A stretch of DNA of 64,000 nucleotides from a virus: the IMG/VR virus record IMGVR_UViG_3300002026_000004, positions 1-64,000 of that record; one strand, given 5' to 3'. The notes beneath the pieces were generated by a model. That model was given only the letters and a program-made list of their open reading frames with translations. It ran no database searches and was not told the DNA's origin. Below are positions 57,896 through 64,000 of the stretch, one piece after another. A program made the translations under genes and the position numbers. Numbering within the stretch: position 1 is the first letter of the stretch; every line of letters starts with the position of its first letter.

Positions 57896-59278
57896 TTAAA
57901 CTTCATATGTTTCTAAAACTTTTATAACATGCTCTGAAGTATAATAATTTTCTTGGTCTAATCCTAACAATGCTACTATTAATAAATATAATTCATCTTG
58001 TTTAGTATCAGCACTTTCTATTAAAATAGTTACACAAGCATCCCAAATCTTATGTCTAAAATTTTTAATAAAATTATAACCATAATTGTTATTTACAAAG
58101 TCCCTAGCTATTCGTTCTGTTTCATAATCAATAGCACTAGCTTCTGCCTCTTGTCCTGCTTGTTCTTTCTGTTCTTCTGAATATAAGTCTTCATCATGTT
58201 TCCAATATCTATTACTAGCTTTATCCTCAGTAGAAACTGTATCAGCTAACTCAGGTTCTTCTTCAATATACGCCCAAGGCTCTGAATACCCATCGTGGTA
58301 AGCAGAAGAATAATCAGAATCCTCCTCTAGATTATCACTTATAGCCCATTTATACGTTTCTAACGAAAATGGTGTATCTGAAGTTTCTGAATATAGATTT
58401 TCTATATCATTACAATCAATAGTATTACCAAATCTCTTTAAAAATTTAGGATTTTTTATTGCAGTAAATATACGAGTTTTAATATCTGGGTCAAATAAAA
58501 TATTATGAGTATTATTATAAATAGCTAATTTAACTTCACTAGGTAAGGAGTTTTTAAACTCTTCTCTATTTCCAATCTGATTGTCTTTTGCATCCATCCA
58601 TTGATAAGATTCAAAATGTAATTGAAACTTCTCATTCTTAATCTTATTAATTATTATTATTAATGGGCCTTTTTCTGAATAATACTCAAAGTAATTATTA
58701 TCACGAGATGCAGTACACCAACGAGTATTAGCTCCATATTTACATGCCGCTTTTTCCGTATTAGGAGATACAACTAACCATTCATTATCTTCAAACCATT
58801 TATCATATTCATCATTACCAATACTGTCAAATTCTAATTGTTGTAATTTATCTGCATAACTACTAACAACTTTATATAACCCAATAGCCCCTTTAATATT
58901 CATAATATTGTAAAGTTCTTCTGACTGTAATAACTTTTTACGTTTAAGTAAATCATAGTTTTTTAAGTCAGCAGTAATTTTAGAGTAGTCTTCAGATAAG
59001 AACATATCAAAGGCTCTAAACATATTATGGAAATGCATAGTTCCTAAAAGTTCCTTGATTCTTGATAAAGATATTGGATTAAATATTTTAACATCAGAGT
59101 TAGTATTTATTTTATTAACAAAGGGGTCTAAATACTCTTTGAAAAACCATTGAATAATCCAACGAGAATATTTTTTATCTGTAGTTGGGTCTAAACCTAC
59201 TAACCAGTTAAAAAGTTCTACATCTATTTTCTCTTTATAAAAGTCATAATTAACAGCTTCAACTAAAAGTAATTTCAT
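57896..59278 (-). CDS. Putative virion-internal protein, paralogue of 42520; start reassigned to 59278
   Basis: MKLLLVEAVNYDFYK, LDPTTDKKYSRWI, AACKYGANTRWCTAS, KFQLHF...MDAKD. Confidence 0.65.
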   Translation of the reverse strand: MKLLLVEAVNYDFYKEKIDVELFNWLVGLDPTTDKKYSRWIIQWFFKEYLDPFVNKINTNSDVKIFNPISLSRIKELLGTMHFHNMFRAFDMFLSEDYSKITADLKNYDLLKRKKLLQSEELYNIMNIKGAIGLYKVVSSYADKLQQLEFDSIGNDEYDKWFEDNEWLVVSPNTEKAACKYGANTRWCTASRDNNYFEYYSEKGPLIIIINKIKNEKFQLHFESYQWMDAKDNQIGNREEFKNSLPSEVKLAIYNNTHNILFDPDIKTRIFTAIKNPKFLKRFGNTIDCNDIENLYSETSDTPFSLETYKWAISDNLEEDSDYSSAYHDGYSEPWAYIEEEPELADTVSTEDKASNRYWKHDEDLYSEEQKEQAGQEAEASAIDYETERIARDFVNNNYGYNFIKNFRHKIWDACVTILIESADTKQDELYLLIVALLGLDQENYYTSEHVIKVLETYEV

Positions 59279-59313
59279 TATATCTCCACCTATAAACATT
59301 CATTAACGTAATT

Positions 59314-59323
59314 ACTAATTAGT
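59314..59323. promoter_or_regulatory. Palindromic bidirectional late promoter
   Basis: ACTAATTAGT between divergent genes. Confidence 0.7.
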
Positions 59324-59345
59324 TAGTATTAAGGAGATAGTTAGA

Positions 59346-60458
59346 ATGACCCATTTAGAATTACTATTATCTATATCTAACGCCCATAAAAGAGACACTT
59401 GGATGATTTATGGTGGTAAGGTTTATCCAGAAACTCAAACTCAATTTGCTAAAGATGATATATTTCAATTAGACGCATTAGGAACAATCTGGAATAATGC
59501 TATTTTTTATTGTAAAGAAGAGGTTTTCTTAGATGCTACTTTTGATTGGGCTAACTACACATTCAATGATGTTAGTAAAGGTAGAATTATGGATAATCTT
59601 AATATTATTCATCCTAACTTCCATTGTATTATGACTGAAGCTCAATTAACTGCAATAGTAGAACCTGTTGATTATACCTTCGTTGCTTTTAAGTCTATTG
59701 ACCCTGTAGATATTTCTGATATAGAATTAAATACAATTCTATTAGAAGTAGGTGTTCCTTTCGTTACTATGGAAGAATTAGAATTTACTCGTGAGGATAT
59801 TCTAAACTTAATGATAAAGCCAGCTATGGATGAATACTATAAATGGTTCCCTATTAGAACCGTAGAGCAATTCCCTGTCCCTACTGCTCTTATTGATATT
59901 CCTATTCCTCCGTATGTTAAAACAGTAATTAGAGCTTATATTAGTCCTGGGTATCCTGTTACAGGTGTTCACCAAAACCCCATTACTAGATATTTTGATG
60001 AAGTAGTACTAGCGGCTTCTTCTCGTGGAGCTTTTGCAAACCCTGCTATTAATTATAGAAATAGACAACCATATACTGATGTTCAGGCTTATTCTACATT
60101 CCTATTAGAAAAGGCTGTAAGACAAGGTGCTGTGAATCATGGAACTAGAAAGCGTATTAGAGTTGAAATGGTTAATAAAAGAATAAGAGGATATTCTAAT
60201 ATCCAAGGTATCCTAGAGGTAGAATGGGGAACAGCTTCTTACAACTGGGAAGATATACCTTATAATAGGTTAACTGAAGTTCGTAGGCTTGCTCAAGCAA
60301 AAGTATTAAGAGCATTAGGTTCATTACGTTCTCAGGCCAATGATGTATTACCAGGAAATGTTAATTATGAAAACTTCATAACTCGTGCTGAGGAATTAGA
60401 AGATAAAATAGTAACACTTTGGGAAGATTGCACAAAAGTCGTGGTTGTACGAGGATAA
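59346..60458 (+). CDS. Neck/head-tail adaptor (gp13-like)
   Basis: EVGVPFVTMEEL...AMDEYYKWFP...VRRLAQAKVLRALGSLRS...NYENFITRAEEL. Confidence 0.6.
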   Translation: MTHLELLLSISNAHKRDTWMIYGGKVYPETQTQFAKDDIFQLDALGTIWNNAIFYCKEEVFLDATFDWANYTFNDVSKGRIMDNLNIIHPNFHCIMTEAQLTAIVEPVDYTFVAFKSIDPVDISDIELNTILLEVGVPFVTMEELEFTREDILNLMIKPAMDEYYKWFPIRTVEQFPVPTALIDIPIPPYVKTVIRAYISPGYPVTGVHQNPITRYFDEVVLAASSRGAFANPAINYRNRQPYTDVQAYSTFLLEKAVRQGAVNHGTRKRIRVEMVNKRIRGYSNIQGILEVEWGTASYNWEDIPYNRLTEVRRLAQAKVLRALGSLRSQANDVLPGNVNYENFITRAEELEDKIVTLWEDCTKVVVVRG

Positions 60459-60484
60459 CTCCTTACATTACATAAACTTAAATA

Positions 60485-60518
60485 AAAGGGTTGGATTAAT
60501 AGTTCCAACCCTTTCTTT
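60485..60518 (+). terminator. Rho-independent terminator
   Basis: AAAGGGTTGGA-N8-TCCAACCCTTTCTTT. Confidence 0.85.
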
Positions 60519-60520
60519 AT

Positions 60521-60688
60521 CAATACTACATAGGATTTTTACTATATATGACTCGTCCAGATATACAGTTTTTACATATATGTATATTCAAATTTTAACT
60601 ATAGTAATACTAATATATGAATACTAATATTAATTAATTAGAGATTAGCATCTCCAATAAAAATAACTCAGTTTAATGAAGAATATTA
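60521..60688. repeat. Dispersed ~170-bp intergenic element, copy 2
   Basis: Direct-orientation copy of 33461-33630. Confidence 0.9.
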
Positions 60689-60733
60689 GGAATTTACGGA
60701 AGTAAATTCATTAACAATTTATGTCGATTTTGG

Positions 60734-60762
60734 TAGCCATTTTGGGTAGTTAGGTATATACT
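60734..60762 (+). promoter_or_regulatory. Middle-class promoter TAGCCA-N17-TATACT
   Basis: Exact motif upstream of the Rad50-like gene. Confidence 0.75.
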
Positions 60763-60780
60763 TCCTATGTAGGAGACAAA

Positions 60781-62874
60781 ATGGTAATAACTGAATTGAA
60801 ACTAAAGAACTTTATGAATATTGCTGATGCTCATCTCCACTTCAATGAAGGTATCAATGTTCTAGGTGGGGATAATGGTCAAGGAAAATCAGCGGTTCTT
60901 GCCGCCGCCGCCTTCTGCTTAACAGAATCAAAGCGGGGGGATTCTTGGAAAGACTTTATTAAAACGGGTACAGAGGGAATGACCATTGATATGACTTTAT
61001 ATAAGTTCATAGGTGATGCTCCTATGTATTTTCATTATGAAGGATTGTCATCCTCAGCTTCCATGACAAAAGAATTAAAATATAAAAGTGAAACTTACTT
61101 AAATGCTAAGTGTTCAGAGTTTATAGAGAAATACTTTGATATGGACATGATGGAAAATGTTATCTTCCATTTACAAGATGCTGTTAATATTGCTTCTATA
61201 GCCCCTTTCAAGCGTAGGGAATTATTAAAGAAAATATTTAAGTCAGAGTTTACAGAGATAACTAATAAGGTTAAGTTAGATATACAAACACTTAAAGATG
61301 TAGTTATAGCTAAAGAGAGTCAGATATCTTTATTAAAAAATAAAGAGTATAAAATTGTTGAACTAATTCCGATTAGTACTGATGACAAAACTACATTAGA
61401 ATTAAATAAGATAATTATTGAGAATAGACTTAGTGAAATATCCTCAATGAAAGAGGCTATTACCTCTAAGAAACAGTTATTATCTCAAGCTACACAAATA
61501 TACAATTCTTTAGTTCCAATGAAGAAATCTTTAGAGTCACAGATAACTTCTAATAGCGATTCTATAAGGAATTCTGAATCACTGTTAGCTTCTGAAGAGG
61601 AAAAGCTGTCTAACATCATATCCTCTTCAATGTCCTCTAATATTGATTTAGAAAAGATGAAAAAAGCTTATGATGACTCTTTATTAGAATCAACTAAACT
61701 TGATGAAGCTTATGGTGTTAGTGTTGATGAAAAGAGTAAGACTAATAAATTAGCAATAGAATTAGGTTCTGAAAGAGCTTCTTTATTTACACAACTAGGA
61801 GTCTTTGATACACAACCAACATGTCCTACTTGTGGGCAATCTTGTGATAAAGCTCATAAAGAATCTTTAGTTAAGAATCTTAATACTGTTACTAATAGTT
61901 ACAACTTAGCTGTTCAGGCTTTCAAGGAAGCAGAGGCTAATGAATTAACTAAAAAGAGTGAACTATTAACTTCTAAAAATAATAATACCACATTACTATT
62001 AGCAGTAAAAACTATTGAGAGTAAAATAAGTAACACTGCTGTTCAAAAAAAGAACTTAGAGGAAAAGATAGTAGGATTAAAAGCATTAATAGAATCTTAT
62101 TCATCAACACTCACAAAGACTAAGGAGCAATTAGAAAATGTCAACAATGATATTTCTATTAATAATTCTATTATTAATTCTGTTGGTACAATCACGACCG
62201 AAGTGTCAGAAGCAGAAGTCACAATTAAGTCAAAAGAGACTGAAATTGAAACGCTTAATAAGTTTATCAAAACGTATGAAACGAATGTCTTGGTTAATAC
62301 AGAACGTGAACGGTCCAACAAGGTTATTGAACAACAACAGAAAGACGATAAGAAAATAGTTGATACATTAACTTCAGAATTAATTTTGAATCAGAATGAA
62401 ATCTCTGACCTTGATTATGTTAAAGGATTCTATGATACAGAATTACCTAATCATATTATGACCAAAGCTTGTATGTTATTAGAAAATGAAATGAATAATT
62501 TTATGAATAAAACTAAATCAGGCTTTATTTGTAAGCTTGTTCAGAATTCTAAAGGGGTTGATTTCTTCTATAAGGCTCGTAATGAACCTGAGTGGTTGAA
62601 AGCTAAGATGGCTTCTGGTTTTGAAGCATTACTATTAACGGTAGCTTTTAAAGTTTCAGTAGCTCAGGCATATTCAACAAAGTTTATTGTTTGGGATGAA
62701 GTTGATAAAACAGCAACAGAAAATAATTCATTAAAGATGTTTGAGAACATTAATTCGATTGAAGGATTTGACCAGATGATGTTAATTACTCATAGACCTA
62801 AATCCTTAAATTACTTAAAAGAAATGGGAGCTACAATTTATATGGCAAAGAATGGAGAATTTGAACAATACTAA
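60781..62874 (+). CDS. Rad50/SbcC-like ATPase (T4 gp46-like)
   Basis: LKNFM, GDNGQGKS, Zn hook CPTCGQ, signature ASGFE, Walker B IVWDE, LITH. Confidence 0.93.
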   Translation: MVITELKLKNFMNIADAHLHFNEGINVLGGDNGQGKSAVLAAAAFCLTESKRGDSWKDFIKTGTEGMTIDMTLYKFIGDAPMYFHYEGLSSSASMTKELKYKSETYLNAKCSEFIEKYFDMDMMENVIFHLQDAVNIASIAPFKRRELLKKIFKSEFTEITNKVKLDIQTLKDVVIAKESQISLLKNKEYKIVELIPISTDDKTTLELNKIIIENRLSEISSMKEAITSKKQLLSQATQIYNSLVPMKKSLESQITSNSDSIRNSESLLASEEEKLSNIISSSMSSNIDLEKMKKAYDDSLLESTKLDEAYGVSVDEKSKTNKLAIELGSERASLFTQLGVFDTQPTCPTCGQSCDKAHKESLVKNLNTVTNSYNLAVQAFKEAEANELTKKSELLTSKNNNTTLLLAVKTIESKISNTAVQKKNLEEKIVGLKALIESYSSTLTKTKEQLENVNNDISINNSIINSVGTITTEVSEAEVTIKSKETEIETLNKFIKTYETNVLVNTERERSNKVIEQQQKDDKKIVDTLTSELILNQNEISDLDYVKGFYDTELPNHIMTKACMLLENEMNNFMNKTKSGFICKLVQNSKGVDFFYKARNEPEWLKAKMASGFEALLLTVAFKVSVAQAYSTKFIVWDEVDKTATENNSLKMFENINSIEGFDQMMLITHRPKSLNYLKEMGATIYMAKNGEFEQY

Positions 62875-62901
62875 TAATTACTAATTATTAATCCACTAGA
62901 G

Positions 62902-62930
62902 TGGCCAAAACGAAAGATTCACTATATACT
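62902..62930 (+). promoter_or_regulatory. Middle-class promoter TGGCCA-N17-TATACT
   Basis: Variant of the TAGCCA motif with exact spacing. Confidence 0.7.
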
Positions 62931-63000
62931 ATATGTAGTGATGAATGCCTTATTAGGCAAAATATTTTAATAGCTACTAAAGTAGCAAAAGGAGTTACAT

Positions 63001-64000
63001 ATGGGTGTAACAGATGATGAGTTTAAGATGTTTGCAACACAAGTTGAACAGGAGGAGCTTGCTCGTTCTCAAAAAAAATCCACTGGTGGTTTTGAGTATG
63101 AACAAGTTAAATGGACAGGATTACCTGAACGTGGATATAAGATTATCCGTGCATTAGGAGCGGCCCCTAATTCAAATGCATCTCCAACTACCTCAAGAAC
63201 AGTTAGATTTGCTGTAATTAAAGCTGACGATGGAAAGGATATTCGTGTTTCTTTACCTACTGGTCCTGAAAAAGATGACCATATCCTTTGGCGTATTATT
63301 AATAATATTGAAGAAGTTGCTTGGGTTCCTGGTGAAGATAAAAAGAATATTAAGGTATATACTAATAAACTTCGTCATCCTGATATCTTTAATATGGTTA
63401 CTAAAAACTCCCATCCAGAAGGCTCTGACCGTAATAAGTTTGATAGAGGTTGGGCTGGTAGAGATATGTTTATTATGAATTGCATTGATAGAAATCCTAC
63501 AATGTATGCATGGAGTCGTGCTAATAAACATACAGTATTGCTTTCTAAGCATATTAATATTGGAAAGAATGCTGAGGGAAAGCCAGTAGAGTACCCTGAG
63601 ACAGGAATTCCTGCTTTTGGTTTTACTAATATCCTTGCTCTAAACATTTTCAAACACTATGGTGATTGGAATAATTTTGACTTGGCTATAGAACGAACTG
63701 GAATTATGCAGAGTCCTAATAGGATTATTCATGCTTCTAAATATAAGGAAGAAATTCCTACAGCACTCCATCCTGAGATTGTTGATGGACCATTAACTGA
63801 AGAAGAATTATCTTGGGAACAATATGATTTATCTAAGTTATTTAAGGTTGTTAGTTATACTAAACTGTATAACCGCTTAAACAAATCAATTGCTAAAATT
63901 GACCTATCATTAGGTACTCACTATGTTGATGAATTAAAGTCATTAGCAGAAATTGAAAAGAAACAACGTGAGGATGCTAAAGCTGAAGAAGAAGATAGTG
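63001..64000 (+). CDS. Putative gp32-like phage ssDNA-binding protein (partial; runs off the window)
   Basis: AAGGAG RBS; open frame MGVTDDEFKMF...YKIIRALG...FIMNCIDR...FDLAIERTG...GPLTEEELSWEQYDL; replication-class promoter. Confidence 0.55.
   Translation, partial: MGVTDDEFKMFATQVEQEELARSQKKSTGGFEYEQVKWTGLPERGYKIIRALGAAPNSNASPTTSRTVRFAVIKADDGKDIRVSLPTGPEKDDHILWRIINNIEEVAWVPGEDKKNIKVYTNKLRHPDIFNMVTKNSHPEGSDRNKFDRGWAGRDMFIMNCIDRNPTMYAWSRANKHTVLLSKHINIGKNAEGKPVEYPETGIPAFGFTNILALNIFKHYGDWNNFDLAIERTGIMQSPNRIIHASKYKEEIPTALHPEIVDGPLTEEELSWEQYDLSKLFKVVSYTKLYNRLNKSIAKIDLSLGTHYVDELKSLAEIEKKQREDAKAEEEDS

Noticed and set aside
60445-60627. 60-aa ORF after the neck gene
   Set aside because: Crosses a terminator and the duplicated non-coding element; no evidence of coding function
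1-64000. Alternative genetic code (stop-codon reassignment)
   Set aside because: Standard code gives full-length, densely packed genes, and TAA, TAG and TGA all occur as genuine stops

Overview
AT-rich, gene-dense segment of a large lytic myovirus with T4-like/jumbo-phage architecture. There is no rRNA, tRNA, CRISPR array or integrase. The SSB and Hsp20 resemble spirochaete proteins, so a Spirochaetota host is a tentative inference. Positions 1-24.2 kb (minus strand) hold a contractile-tail module: gp15-like terminator, sheath, three tube paralogues, baseplate, two long fibres, a Gly-rich adhesin and a collagen fibre. A cassette of four radical-SAM/Twitch-like enzymes and two GT2 glycosyltransferases sits between the long fibres and the adhesin. 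Positions 24-37.5 kb hold a GIY-YIG endonuclease, Mre11/gp47-like nuclease, small early genes, RNase H, primase and an HD-PNK fusion. Positions 37.5-64 kb hold the large terminase, candidate head-packaged effectors (three ADP-ribosyltransferase-like proteins, one fused to a kinase), a scaffold-like protein, DUF932, SSB, M23 lysin, MazG, a methyltransferase, two sigma-like factors, a clamp-like protein, Hsp20, a neck protein, Rad50/gp46 and a gp32-like SSB. Non-coding DNA shows three promoter classes: TTGACA-N17-TATACT (early), T(A/G)GCCA-N17-TATACT (replication genes) and ACTAATT(A/T) (late, often leaderless). It also shows a ~60-nt candidate late sRNA with three anti-Shine-Dalgarno CCUCC motifs, an RBS-sequestering hairpin and a duplicated ~170-bp element. 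All functional calls come from motif recognition by eye; no database searches were run.
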